Shown: positions 1-9,170 of the stretch, in pieces
Position numbering within the stretch: the stretch's first letter is position 1
Layout: each line of letters begins with the position of its first letter
NCBI GenBank assembly: GCA_041650415.1
Contig: JBAZLC010000002.1
Location: 6,896-70,895, forward strand
Direction: 5' to 3'
DNA from: Minisyncoccota bacterium
Lineage (GTDB): Bacteria > Patescibacteriota > Minisyncoccia > UBA6257 > UBA9933
Length of the DNA stretch: 64,000 nucleotides
Program-made: the position numbers and the translations under genes
Notes under the pieces: generated by a model
Databases searched by the model: none
Seen by the model: only the letters and a program-made list of their open reading frames with translations
What the model was told of the DNA's origin: nothing

Positions 1-252
1 TTCAACGCCAATCCGGAAACAATTGTTTTACCGCAAACGTCAACGTTATCATGGAGTTGTAATTATGCCACCGCTTGCTCGATCGACAACGCGATTGGCA
101 GCGTAAGCGCAAGCTCGGGTTCGGTTGAAGTAGCGCCCGCCGAAACAACAACTTACACATTACACTGCGACGGCTATGACGGATCAAAATCTCTGCAAGT
201 AACCGTCGGCAATGGATATTCTTCAAGTATCCACGAAGTAATCCCGCGCTAA
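1..252 (+). CDS. C-terminal fragment of a secreted Ig-like/repeat-domain surface protein; the N-terminus lies outside the window
   Basis: Frame 1 is open for 83 codons from base 1 to TAA at 250-252. The peptide FNANPETIVLPQTSTLSWSCNYATACSIDNAIGSV...TTTYTLHCDGYDGSKSLQVTV looks like Ig-like surface-protein repeats (TxTYTLxC ... TVxV). The antisense ORF 2..271 is Arg/Cys-rich and looks noncoding. Confidence 0.45.
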   Translation, partial: FNANPETIVLPQTSTLSWSCNYATACSIDNAIGSVSASSGSVEVAPAETTTYTLHCDGYDGSKSLQVTVGNGYSSSIHEVIPR

Positions 253-290
253 AAATTAGAAATGGTCGCATTTAAAAACCACTAAAAACA

Positions 291-488
291 ATGAAAAATA
301 AAATCTCAAAATCATTAATAATCGCCGTTATAGGCGTTTTCGCCGTTGTTTCGGCTTTCGTCTGGCAAAAAATCCAAACCTTCGTCAATAAAGGATTAAC
401 CGACAGCCAAAAAATAAGAATCGCCGACAATAGCAATCAATCAGAATTAAATTCTCCAAAATTTAACGGCTGTAATTCCATAATTTAA
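291..488 (+). CDS. hypothetical small membrane-anchored protein
   Basis: 65-aa ORF with a hydrophobic N-terminal helix (LIIAVIGVFAVVSAFVW). No recognisable domain. Confidence 0.3.
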   Translation: MKNKISKSLIIAVIGVFAVVSAFVWQKIQTFVNKGLTDSQKIRIADNSNQSELNSPKFNGCNSII

Positions 489-490
489 CC

Positions 491-1090
491 ATGTTTCCGG
501 AAGCCGACTTGGCTGTTAACGCGACATGGACTCTTTATTTGTTGGCTTTTTTAATAATAAGCGCGAAAAAAGGCCATTTTCAAAAAACCGATACTGATTA
601 TTCTTCCAATCCAAAAAGTAAGAAACCGCTTATTTTGTTTTTTTCCCTTCATTTTTTAGTTTATCCCCTTTTAAGCGCCGGCGTTGGCTCTCTGCGTGAA
701 TTTTATTTTTTTAACGAATTTTATTTTTCCTTTTTCATCGCGGGAATTGTTTTTTTAACCATCGGATTAATATTCTCGATAATTTCAAGGTACTATCTTT
801 CCTCGCGGTGGAGCTTTTTGGCGGTGGCTTCAAATAAAAGACCGTTCATAAAAGACGGCCCTTATAAAATAGTCCGACATCCCATTTGTCTCGGGCTTTT
901 TATTATTTGGCTTGGAGCTTCTTTTGTGTACGTCAATTGGCTGGGAATTGCCGCCGCGATATTCGCACTTCTCCCCCTGCTTTATTGGCGCGTAAAAATA
1001 GAAGAAAAAAAATTAACGGAAATTTTTAGTGAAGACTATTTAAATTATTCCCAAAACACCGGAATGATTTTCCCTAAAATTTTAAACTAA
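491..1090 (+). CDS. isoprenylcysteine carboxyl methyltransferase (ICMT)/phospholipid methyltransferase-family membrane protein
   Basis: Multi-TM protein with the C-terminal family signature RPFIKDGPYKIVRHPICLGLF...EEKKLTEIFSEDYLNYSQNTGMIFP (RHPxYxG ... EExxL..FG..Y..Y). Confidence 0.6.
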   Translation: MFPEADLAVNATWTLYLLAFLIISAKKGHFQKTDTDYSSNPKSKKPLILFFSLHFLVYPLLSAGVGSLREFYFFNEFYFSFFIAGIVFLTIGLIFSIISRYYLSSRWSFLAVASNKRPFIKDGPYKIVRHPICLGLFIIWLGASFVYVNWLGIAAAIFALLPLLYWRVKIEEKKLTEIFSEDYLNYSQNTGMIFPKILN

Positions 1091-1095
1091 ATTTC

Positions 1096-2391
1096 TTAAG
1101 TCAAATGGCTGACTAATTTTCTCGCCTTAACTCCCGTACAAGATAATTCTTTAACCAGTTTTATTTCCGGAATTTCAAAAAAATTCTTTTCAATCGCGTC
1201 TTTAAGAGTTGAAGTTCCCGATAACCGCCAATTCGCCATTAAATAATTCAAAATTTCATGTTTCAAGTTTTCCGCCGGAATAAATTTTGCCTTAACGCTT
1301 TCTTCTTTTATTTCGATTATTATTTTTGTTTTCGCGCCGGATTGACCGCGTTCTTCATAAAAATGAAGTTGGTAGCCGTTCCCTATTAAATGGTTCAAAC
1401 CGCTAAATGTTTTTTCAACATCGCCAATTTTTATCTCGACTCCGCCGGCTCTGATTTTATCCACTCCTTCCCTGCCCATCCAAGTTAAAACCGGGCCCGA
1501 AAGGCCGCACCCGCACTTTTCTTTGGCTATTTCAAAGAAATCTCCGGTTTTATAACGTATTAACGGCATTGCCCTGTTATTCGCGCAGGTAATCGTTAAT
1601 TCACCGTCAATAAGCTCCGCCTTTGTAATAAGCGGTTGAAGTACATGAAAAAGATCTTTATTTTCTTTAAGGATTTTAGAACAAGGATAAAGGATAAAAT
1701 TCCCCGTTTCGGACGAACCGTAAACATTGGCTATTTTAGCCTTAGGGTAAAGTTCTTTAAGTTTTTGGCGCCGGCTCGCCGTAAGAGTTTCCGAGCATAA
1801 AACCAAAAGTTTTATTTTGCTCGTATCGTAATATTTCTTTAAAATTTCATAAAAAATTTCCGCCAATGTCGGAGTGGCATAAAGAGCGTCGGCTTTTGTC
1901 TCGGCCATAATCACTGCGTTATTTGGGAGATTTTGCAGATCGCCGAAAATCGGAAACGATTTATTCCGCGTACTTGAACAATTTTGAATAAAAATATGGT
2001 GAAAAGACTTATTTAACGGCGGAAGAAGACTATATAATCTTTTGGCGCCCGTTCCGAAAGTCGGGTCTATCCCCAAATAAAAAGTCTGATCTTTCCGCTT
2101 ACCTTCAACAATATCGCTAAAATAAACCACTAATGGTTTTTGGGAAGTCGTGCCCGAAGTGTAAACGGCGAAACGGACATCTTCCGGGCCGACAAAAGTT
2201 CTGTCTCCGGGCAGAACCGCTTCCAGTTCGGTACGGGTCAAAAACGGCAATTTAGAAAAATTTTTCGGGTCTAAAACCTCTTTCTTACTAAGCCCGACGC
2301 TAACGTATTTTTTTCTATAAAAATCCGAATATTTATTTTCCCAAACAAACGAAAGAATTTCTTTTAACGTTAAAATTCCGCCTTTTTTCAT
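1096..2391 (-). CDS. adenylate-forming enzyme, phenylacetate-CoA ligase (PaaK)/F390 synthetase-like family
   Basis: AMP-binding P-loop-like motif YTSGTTSQKPLVVYFS, YGSSETG motif, ~430 aa; this is the typical architecture of PaaK/CapK-like ligases. Confidence 0.6.
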   Translation of the reverse strand: MKKGGILTLKEILSFVWENKYSDFYRKKYVSVGLSKKEVLDPKNFSKLPFLTRTELEAVLPGDRTFVGPEDVRFAVYTSGTTSQKPLVVYFSDIVEGKRKDQTFYLGIDPTFGTGAKRLYSLLPPLNKSFHHIFIQNCSSTRNKSFPIFGDLQNLPNNAVIMAETKADALYATPTLAEIFYEILKKYYDTSKIKLLVLCSETLTASRRQKLKELYPKAKIANVYGSSETGNFILYPCSKILKENKDLFHVLQPLITKAELIDGELTITCANNRAMPLIRYKTGDFFEIAKEKCGCGLSGPVLTWMGREGVDKIRAGGVEIKIGDVEKTFSGLNHLIGNGYQLHFYEERGQSGAKTKIIIEIKEESVKAKFIPAENLKHEILNYLMANWRLSGTSTLKDAIEKNFFEIPEIKLVKELSCTGVKARKLVSHLT

Positions 2392-2444
2392 AAATTTGTT
2401 AATACGCTAATTATATACTACAATTAATAATATCAACTTATTAA

Positions 2445-4028
2445 ATGGGGTCAATACGCGATTTTCAATTTAAAAAACACTGGATCGCCTTGCCTTTGCT
2501 TTCCGGATTTTTGTTACTGCTTTCTTTTTACCCTTTTGAATTGCAGTTTTTAAGTTTTATCGCCCTTGTCCCGATTTTTCTGTTTCTTAACGCGAAAGAC
2601 GAAATCCCCGGCAAAAAAATTTTTTGGGGAGGCTTTATTTTCGGCGCCTTTTTCTCGCTGATTCTTTCTTTGTTTATCTTTTTTAAATTTATATGGCTTG
2701 AAGAGACATACCTCTTTGTTTGGATTGTAAGACTACTGCCCTTATTCATCGCCGCAATTACCGGAACAATTTTTGGCTTCTCTTTTTTGGCGTATAAAAG
2801 ATTTTCTTCCGGCAAACCAACCGATATTTTTGTTTTGGCCGCTATTTATACGCTTGCCGAAATAGTGCAATTTAAAATTTTTTTCGGGCTAAACAGCGGA
2901 TTATTAGCCTATACTGTCTATAAATTTCTCTTTTTTTTAAAGTTTTCTTCAATCACCGGCGTTTTTGGAATTTCTTTCATTATTGCCCTTATTAATTCAT
3001 TTATCGCTTATTTTGTTCTGCGTCCCGAACATAGAAAACAAGTTGCCTCTTTGGCGCTCGCGAGTTTTGCCGTAATTTTCACCATTAACGCCGCGAATAA
3101 TCTTTATCTTAAAAACGACGAAGATTATAAAACGGCCAAATTTTCCATTATTCAAAATTCCGACAGAAAAAATGTTTTCGGGAATATAATAGACGGAAAA
3201 TTCCATCTTCCCTATCAAGGATTGATTTCCGAGGCGAAATATCAAAACCCCGATTTTATAATTTATCCATTTAGCCCTTTTAACGGTTATCTATCATCCA
3301 TTAAAATAGATGAAATACAAAATTCCGGACTTAAAAAAGAAGCCGTTATTGATTCCGAAAACTTCGACAAGTGGATTGGAAAACTTACCGGCACCGATAC
3401 GTTTTTCATAAATTGGGTTAATGTGATAAAAGACGAAAAAGTTTACCCGGAAATGATTTTTTGGCAAAATGGAAAACAGATAGCCGAATATCAAAAACGG
3501 ATAACCTTTCCTTTCTTTGATTACACTCCCGAATTTTTCAAAAAAATCGGATTATTCACCACGCCGATAGACGCTCTCCAATCTTTAAAAAACAATTTAC
3601 CCATCCAAATAAATGATATTAAATTTGAACCGCTTATTTGTTCGGAATTATTTGAATCAAAATTAATACGCAAGGGCTCTCTTAATTCCAATATATTGCT
3701 TTCTATAGGCTCCGACGCCTCTTTTTCTAACGAAGTGCCGGATAAATGGCATCTTACCATTTTACAATTTGAAGCGGCTGGCAATAACAGACCGATCGTA
3801 AAAGCGAATCTTTTTGGAAGCTCTGTTCTTATTGATGAAAACGGCAAAATCATAAAAGAAATGAAATTTAATAAAACCGGAGTTTTAACCGGCGAATTAC
3901 AATATAAAAAATCTCCAAAAAACACTTTTTACGGCTATTTTGGAGATTTACCTTTTATAATCGCGATCGTTCTGTTTTTAACCGTATATATGGCCTCTGA
4001 AAAATTTAACTATCGAAGGGAAAAATAA
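2445..4028 (+). CDS. lnt: apolipoprotein N-acyltransferase-like protein (N-terminal polytopic membrane domain plus C-terminal carbon-nitrogen hydrolase domain)
   Basis: 6-7 N-terminal TM helices followed by a soluble domain whose catalytic-Cys context PLICSELFES resembles the CN-hydrolase/Lnt ICYE motif. The length (527 aa) fits Lnt. Confidence 0.5.
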   Translation: MGSIRDFQFKKHWIALPLLSGFLLLLSFYPFELQFLSFIALVPIFLFLNAKDEIPGKKIFWGGFIFGAFFSLILSLFIFFKFIWLEETYLFVWIVRLLPLFIAAITGTIFGFSFLAYKRFSSGKPTDIFVLAAIYTLAEIVQFKIFFGLNSGLLAYTVYKFLFFLKFSSITGVFGISFIIALINSFIAYFVLRPEHRKQVASLALASFAVIFTINAANNLYLKNDEDYKTAKFSIIQNSDRKNVFGNIIDGKFHLPYQGLISEAKYQNPDFIIYPFSPFNGYLSSIKIDEIQNSGLKKEAVIDSENFDKWIGKLTGTDTFFINWVNVIKDEKVYPEMIFWQNGKQIAEYQKRITFPFFDYTPEFFKKIGLFTTPIDALQSLKNNLPIQINDIKFEPLICSELFESKLIRKGSLNSNILLSIGSDASFSNEVPDKWHLTILQFEAAGNNRPIVKANLFGSSVLIDENGKIIKEMKFNKTGVLTGELQYKKSPKNTFYGYFGDLPFIIAIVLFLTVYMASEKFNYRREK

Positions 4029-4586
4029 ACCGGTATTTTTTAAATAATTTTTGTAGTCTTCTCCCCTTCCGTTTGCCTCAAATATTTTAAACAAACTTTT
4101 TTCTTCCAACCGTGATTGAATTATCAATAACGGCAGAAAGACAACCAAACACACCGATAACCCAAACGAATTATTGAAGACTAAAGCCTCACCAAATAAA
4201 ATCAATATAAATCCCGTAAAAATCGGCCATCTTATTTTATTAAAAATTCCGAATTTCAACTGATTTAACCCGTTAACGGTAAAATCCATTTTACGCAATT
4301 CATAATAAGACATTAACGAAAAAACCACTCCCGCTAAAATCAAAATTACTCCAACCAAAAACAAAAACGGGAAAATTAAAACATTGTTTTCAAAAACGCC
4401 GAATTTTCCAATATAAGTCATGCTCATTACCGATTGGAGAATTACAAAAATAAAGAAAAAGACTTTAAATCTCCCGCTTAAATAAAAAGACATACGCGAA
4501 GCGGAAACTTGAGTAAGGGCTCTTATTGCGCCAAAACACAAAAAATAAATTATTGAGCTTGAAATAACAAATAAAGATATTGCCAT
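3978..4586 (-). CDS. second ICMT/PEMT-family membrane methyltransferase
   Basis: Multi-TM protein; C-terminal IRWPIFTGFILILFGEAL...LEEKSLFKIFEANGRGEDYKNYLKNTGLFFP matches the same family signature as 491..1090. Confidence 0.5.
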   Translation of the reverse strand: MAISLFVISSSIIYFLCFGAIRALTQVSASRMSFYLSGRFKVFFFIFVILQSVMSMTYIGKFGVFENNVLIFPFLFLVGVILILAGVVFSLMSYYELRKMDFTVNGLNQLKFGIFNKIRWPIFTGFILILFGEALVFNNSFGLSVCLVVFLPLLIIQSRLEEKSLFKIFEANGRGEDYKNYLKNTGLFFPSIVKFFRGHIYG

Positions 4587-4623
4587 ATTTTTATAATTTT
4601 AATTATTTTTAACTTTTTAATAT

Positions 4624-4992
4624 TTACTCGGGAACTGTCGATGATGCGCCTTGAAATTCGACTTCGAACGCCCTAAAAGAATTACCAGAATGACCTATTG
4701 ATTTTTTTATGTCTCCGGTCCCCGAAGTCTCAAAATCGGCGCCGTTGGAAAAAATCGGCTTGTCGGCCTGCCCGCCGAATTTTTTATACAATTCCCATTC
4801 TATTCCGGCATCAGCGGCAAAAATGGCTTTAGTGGAGTTTGCCACGTCTGAAGATTGCCTTATTTTTTGGACGGTAATATATCCGGCAATGGTTGAAACG
4901 CTCAAAATCACTCCTCCCAGAATAAGAACCGTTAAAAGCATGACTTGTCCGCCGTTGGAATTTTTAAGTTTTTTTACTTTTATTTTTTTCAT
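4624..4992 (-). CDS. PilX-like pilus-associated protein (N-terminal hydrophobic segment)
   Basis: N-terminal NGGQVMLLTVLILGGVILSV resembles PilX N-termini. Sits at the distal end of the pilin gene run. Confidence 0.35.
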   Translation of the reverse strand: MKKIKVKKLKNSNGGQVMLLTVLILGGVILSVSTIAGYITVQKIRQSSDVANSTKAIFAADAGIEWELYKKFGGQADKPIFSNGADFETSGTGDIKKSIGHSGNSFRAFEVEFQGASSTVPE

Positions 4993-4993
4993 T

Positions 4994-5527
4994 TTAGCTG
5001 TCTAATGTTCTCGGACTTACGGTCATTTGTATGTCTACGGGAACACTCTTAAGATATTTTCCCGTTCCGACTACTGAAATCCCTATTGTTATTCTTGGCT
5101 GATAGCCGTCGCCGGCATCGCCTCCCGCAATATTAACGTTAAAATTCTTAATCTCAACGTTATCGGCGGTTATTTTCCTATAAGTCGTAACGGCCAATTC
5201 GCTTGTCTCCCCTCTTTCAATGGCGCCGTTCACGGCTTTATAATAAATTATTTTATTTTCCGCATTTACGAATTGAAACTCATTTTGAGAAACTTTGGAA
5301 AAATTATATCCCGTCCTTAATTCTCTCATTATTTGTTCCAAGGTTAAATTGGCATTATCGTTTATCGACATTAACCCAACCAATTCCTTTTGAGTACGCA
5401 ACGTTCTAATAAAACTTCCCGAGACTATGCTTATTAAAATTAAAAAAATTCCCATCGACACCAAAAGCTCAATCATCGTAAAGCCGTTTTCAAAGCCGGA
5501 AAAAATTTTTAGCTTTTTTGTCTTCAT
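4994..5527 (-). CDS. prepilin-type N-terminal cleavage/methylation domain protein (minor pilin)
   Basis: N-terminal GFTMIELLVSMGIFLIL class-III signal peptide motif. Confidence 0.6.
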   Translation of the reverse strand: MKTKKLKIFSGFENGFTMIELLVSMGIFLILISIVSGSFIRTLRTQKELVGLMSINDNANLTLEQIMRELRTGYNFSKVSQNEFQFVNAENKIIYYKAVNGAIERGETSELAVTTYRKITADNVEIKNFNVNIAGGDAGDGYQPRITIGISVVGTGKYLKSVPVDIQMTVSPRTLDS

Positions 5528-5533
5528 AATATT

Positions 5534-6037
5534 TTACCGCCAATTGAAAAAATAATCTTCCATGGTTACTTGAAGTTTCGCGCTGCCGCGATCCGTCCAA
5601 CTTACCGTCGAATCAATTTTGACTTCATCTGGACTTACCGGATAAACCGATATTATTCGCGTAAACGGCGATTGGCTTCCGTTTGTGTAGCCGTAAAAAT
5701 TGGATATATCATCGAATAAAAGCTTCCTGTTTTGGCTGGGTTCCAAGTTCACCGAAGAATAATCGGCCTCGAATTTTCCGTCCATATCAAGCCCCTGATT
5801 CCACGGATTACCCTGTATTGTATTTGAATCTATGATATTTTTTGAAATCTCAATGCCTTCGGCAGCCAAATAATTGGCGATTAACTGATTTCCTATAACC
5901 CTGTTTAAACCAATGGAATGCGAAAGTAAGGCAAGGACTCCTAAAAGCCCGACCACTGCGATGCTAATGCCTATCATCGACTCGATAAGTAAATACCCGC
6001 CAGCTTCTTTTTTATTGTGTTGTAATTTGTCCGGCAT
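5534..6037 (-). CDS. minor pilin/pseudopilin (PilV-like)
   Basis: GGYLLIESMIGISIAVVGLLG prepilin-like N-terminus. Confidence 0.5.
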   Translation of the reverse strand: MPDKLQHNKKEAGGYLLIESMIGISIAVVGLLGVLALLSHSIGLNRVIGNQLIANYLAAEGIEISKNIIDSNTIQGNPWNQGLDMDGKFEADYSSVNLEPSQNRKLLFDDISNFYGYTNGSQSPFTRIISVYPVSPDEVKIDSTVSWTDRGSAKLQVTMEDYFFNWR

Positions 6038-6554
6038 TTGTTATTTTTATAGCTTTTTCACTTAATCCGCCAGCTACTTTGATTTTTATTGTTGCTTCAA
6101 GCTTGGTTTCATCATTATCTATCACTACTCGCGGATCGGGCGGAATGAAAACCACATCCGCCAAACCCAATTCACTGAATGTAATCGCTTGGCCGAGATA
6201 TAATTCTTCCAGCTTTTCATCTCCCGAATTATATACCCTGTTGGCATCCGAGCATTTAGGATCGTTACTCGGAGAATATTCCCTGAAAAGTATTACCCTT
6301 CCCAATGGGCTAAAATTAACTCCGTAATCGCAAGGAGCGACCGCCTCGCCCAACGTTCCAACACTCAAAGACCTCGCCCGTATCAATAACTCAACCAAAA
6401 TGGTTTGTTCTTTGAATAAAATTATTTGATTCTGTCCTGTCCGGCTATATGTTATCACAAGAGAAGAAAGCAAAACTATTATGCCTATCGTTACCAACAG
6501 TTCAATCATTGTAAAACCCGCCAAAAGCAAAGAGTTATTTATTTTCTTTCTCAT
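6012..6554 (-). CDS. minor pilin with prepilin-type N-terminal domain
   Basis: GFTMIELLVTIGIIVLLSSLV motif. Confidence 0.6.
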   Translation of the reverse strand: MRKKINNSLLLAGFTMIELLVTIGIIVLLSSLVITYSRTGQNQIILFKEQTILVELLIRARSLSVGTLGEAVAPCDYGVNFSPLGRVILFREYSPSNDPKCSDANRVYNSGDEKLEELYLGQAITFSELGLADVVFIPPDPRVVIDNDETKLEATIKIKVAGGLSEKAIKITNAGQITTQ

Positions 6555-6560
6555 TATTGT

Positions 6561-7469
6561 TTAAAAACCGGACAATAATTTAAAATACCAATCCATTATT
6601 TGCCCGCCGAAGAAAAACACCAAAGACGCTCCCAAGACCAAAAAAGGGCCAAATGGAATGATGTCTTTCATCCCCTTCTTTTTACGGCAGACAAAAACCA
6701 AGCTGACTAAAGCGCCAATTATAAATGCCAAAAAAACGGCCGCCAAAATATCCGGCCAACCGAAAATAAGTCCCAGAGCACCAACCAATTTAAAGTCGCC
6801 CCACCCCATTCCTTTTCCTTTTGTTATAAAAATAATCAAACCGAAAAATACCATCATAACCGCAGCGGCAAAAATATAATTTATGAATATATTGTCCGTC
6901 AAACTTAAAAAAGCCGCCGAACTCCCCAAAAAAGAACCGTTAAAAAAAGTGATTTTTTTAAAATAAAAATTCGCCCCCAGCAAAATCGCTCCCAGAACAG
7001 CCAAAGTTAAATTTACCGAATCGGGAATTATGAAATGCTTTAAATCTATCGCCGATAAAACTATAAATATCAAAAAAACCGATATCCAAATAAAAGAAAT
7101 AATCGCGAACATCGAAATATAAGAAGGGAGAAGCAGTAAAGGAAGAGCGGCCGCCCAAAACATCGGCACAAAAACAAAAATCAATCCCGATAACAATTCA
7201 ACCAAAAAATATTGAAATGATATCGCGGCTCCGCATCCGCGGCACTTTCCATTTTGAATAATGAAGCTAAAAAGAGGGATTAATTCATACCAATTCAACT
7301 TTTTCTCGCAGCTTAAACATTGAGAGCGTTTTTTTGAGCTTCCCGGTCCGCCAATTGTTTTTAAAGAAAGAAGCCTTTCCCCGGGCCGATAACGAAAAAT
7401 GACAACGTTTAAAAAACTCCCAACCGCCAAGCCGAAAATAAAAAGTAAAAAATACGAAAGATAGCTCAT
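6561..7469 (-). CDS. pilD: prepilin peptidase (A24 family)
   Basis: N-terminal CxxC...CxxC zinc motif (CLSCEKK...CRGCGAAIS), polytopic membrane protein, and the conserved GMGWGDFKLVGALGLIFGW segment. Confidence 0.85.
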   Translation of the reverse strand: MSYLSYFLLFIFGLAVGSFLNVVIFRYRPGERLLSLKTIGGPGSSKKRSQCLSCEKKLNWYELIPLFSFIIQNGKCRGCGAAISFQYFLVELLSGLIFVFVPMFWAAALPLLLLPSYISMFAIISFIWISVFLIFIVLSAIDLKHFIIPDSVNLTLAVLGAILLGANFYFKKITFFNGSFLGSSAAFLSLTDNIFINYIFAAAVMMVFFGLIIFITKGKGMGWGDFKLVGALGLIFGWPDILAAVFLAFIIGALVSLVFVCRKKKGMKDIIPFGPFLVLGASLVFFFGGQIMDWYFKLLSGF

Positions 7470-7481
7470 ATTAAACTCTTG

Positions 7482-7922
7482 TTAAAACTGTACGCAGTAG
7501 ACCGAATCCATACAACCCACTCCATAAACCGTACCGTCAATATCGTCTTTCAAAGCGGAATTATTAACATCTTCAAGTGTGGCTCCTAAAACATAACCTT
7601 GTTTGTCCGCGGAATAACCATAAAGGTAAGTCGCGCTCGACGAATCACTAAGAGGATCGTTCGGTATATTGGTAATTCCTATCGCGTCATTCACTAAAAC
7701 GCTCTTTAAATCAGCCCAATCATTAGACGCCGGATAATTGCCGTTTTTCAAGTAATAAAGCTCTAACGAATTTTGAACTTCTCTTAAATCCGCCACTCTT
7801 CTGGCATCGCGCCCCCGGGATCTAAAAGAACCCAAACCCACTAGAACAACCGAGGCTAAAAGCCCGATAATAGCAACAACTATAAGAATTTCTATTAATG
7901 TAAAGCCTTTCTCTTTTTTCAT
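7482..7922 (-). CDS. type IV major pilin (PilA-like)
   Basis: MKKEKGFTLIEILIVVAIIGLLASVV N-terminus. 146 aa. Immediately downstream of pilC. Confidence 0.7.
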   Translation of the reverse strand: MKKEKGFTLIEILIVVAIIGLLASVVLVGLGSFRSRGRDARRVADLREVQNSLELYYLKNGNYPASNDWADLKSVLVNDAIGITNIPNDPLSDSSSATYLYGYSADKQGYVLGATLEDVNNSALKDDIDGTVYGVGCMDSVYCVQF

Positions 7923-7957
7923 AATTATAAATTCATAACAATGATTTTGTTCGACTT

Positions 7958-9166
7958 TTAGAATGCTTGAGCTAAATTATATATCGGAATCAAGATTGAA
8001 GCAAACAGTAAACCGATTAAAACGCCTACTCCGGCTATTAAAAGCGGCTGGATAAGTTCAACCAGATTGTTTAACGCGTCATTTACCTCGCGGGTGTAAA
8101 AATCGGACACTTTGGATAAAATTGAATCTAATCGCCCCGTTCCTTCTCCAATAGCAACCATCTGACTTACTAAAATCGGGAAATAATATTCATTTTTCGC
8201 CAAAAGATCGGATAATAATTCTCCCCCTCTTACTCCTTCGGCAATTTCAAGTAAAATATCCCTGTAAACGACATTTCCCATCGTATTGGCGGCTATCCCA
8301 ATCGCTTGAGTAATTGGAATGCCTCCCTTAATCAAAATGTTCGTCGACTCGGCAAAACGGCTGATATAAATCTTTTTAAAAAGATTTCCCAATATCGGAA
8401 ATTTTATGCTTATTTCGTCAAAAACGGCTTCGCCCTCCGGCGTATGGAAATAATCAACAATAACAAAAATGAAAATTATCAATATCAAGAAAATCGCCCA
8501 CCACCACTGAAGTATAAAATCTCCGGAACTTAAAAGAATTTTTGTCAGTATCGGCAAATCCATCCCCGTCTCCTGAAATACCGGCGCTATTTGCGGAAAA
8601 ACTACCACAACCATTATTCCCGCCACCGCCAAAAACATAATAACGACTATTATCGGATAAATCATCGCGCTGCGAATTTTGCTTTTCCAAATCGATTCCT
8701 TTTCCAAATAATCGGCCAAGAATTTCGCCGCTTCTTCCAACCGTCCGGTTATTTCCGCCGAACGAATCATGTTTAAATAAAATTCCGAAAAAATTCCATT
8801 ACGGCGCTCCAAAGCCTGAGACAAAGAAAGACCAGCGCCGATATCGGAAGACACTTCAAAAACCGCTTCTTTTAAAATTAAATTGTTTGTTTGTTTGTAA
8901 AGAGTTTTTAAAACCGTGTTCAAGGGAACCTTTGATTCCATAAGGGTCGCGAATTGGCGGGTAAAAATCATTAAATCAACAGATTTTACCCTGTTAAAAA
9001 AGTTTAAAACAAAATCGTACCAGCGCCGCCTTTCGACGCTTTCCAAACTTAAAACAAAAAGGTCGTGGCCCGTCAAAATATTGGCAGCTGCCTCGCGAGT
9101 GGCGGCATCCACGAATCCGGTTTGTAATTCCCCTTGTTGAGTTCTGGCATTATATTTAAATTTCAT
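7958..9166 (-). CDS. pilC: type IV pilus platform protein PilC (GspF family)
   Basis: ~400 aa with two repeated GspF-like halves and TM segments. Follows the pilB-pilT-pilC order. Confidence 0.85.
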   Translation of the reverse strand: MKFKYNARTQQGELQTGFVDAATREAAANILTGHDLFVLSLESVERRRWYDFVLNFFNRVKSVDLMIFTRQFATLMESKVPLNTVLKTLYKQTNNLILKEAVFEVSSDIGAGLSLSQALERRNGIFSEFYLNMIRSAEITGRLEEAAKFLADYLEKESIWKSKIRSAMIYPIIVVIMFLAVAGIMVVVVFPQIAPVFQETGMDLPILTKILLSSGDFILQWWWAIFLILIIFIFVIVDYFHTPEGEAVFDEISIKFPILGNLFKKIYISRFAESTNILIKGGIPITQAIGIAANTMGNVVYRDILLEIAEGVRGGELLSDLLAKNEYYFPILVSQMVAIGEGTGRLDSILSKVSDFYTREVNDALNNLVELIQPLLIAGVGVLIGLLFASILIPIYNLAQAF

Positions 9167-9170
9167 AACT

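Noticed and set aside
2-271. Minus-strand 89-aa ORF at the window start
   Set aside because: Arg/Cys-rich basic peptide typical of an antisense reading. The plus-strand frame 1 is open across the same bases and encodes an Ig-like repeat-protein C-terminus that ends in a stop at 250-252.
2528-4028. Multiple 60-134-aa antisense ORFs inside the lnt-like gene (2528..2815, 2997..3245, 3294..3494, 3521..3925). The same pattern occurs inside pilC, pilB, the ABC genes, topA, rel, gap and others
   Set aside because: Low-complexity Phe/Lys/Ile-rich antisense translations of AT-rich coding DNA, always nested in a longer ORF with recognisable motifs.
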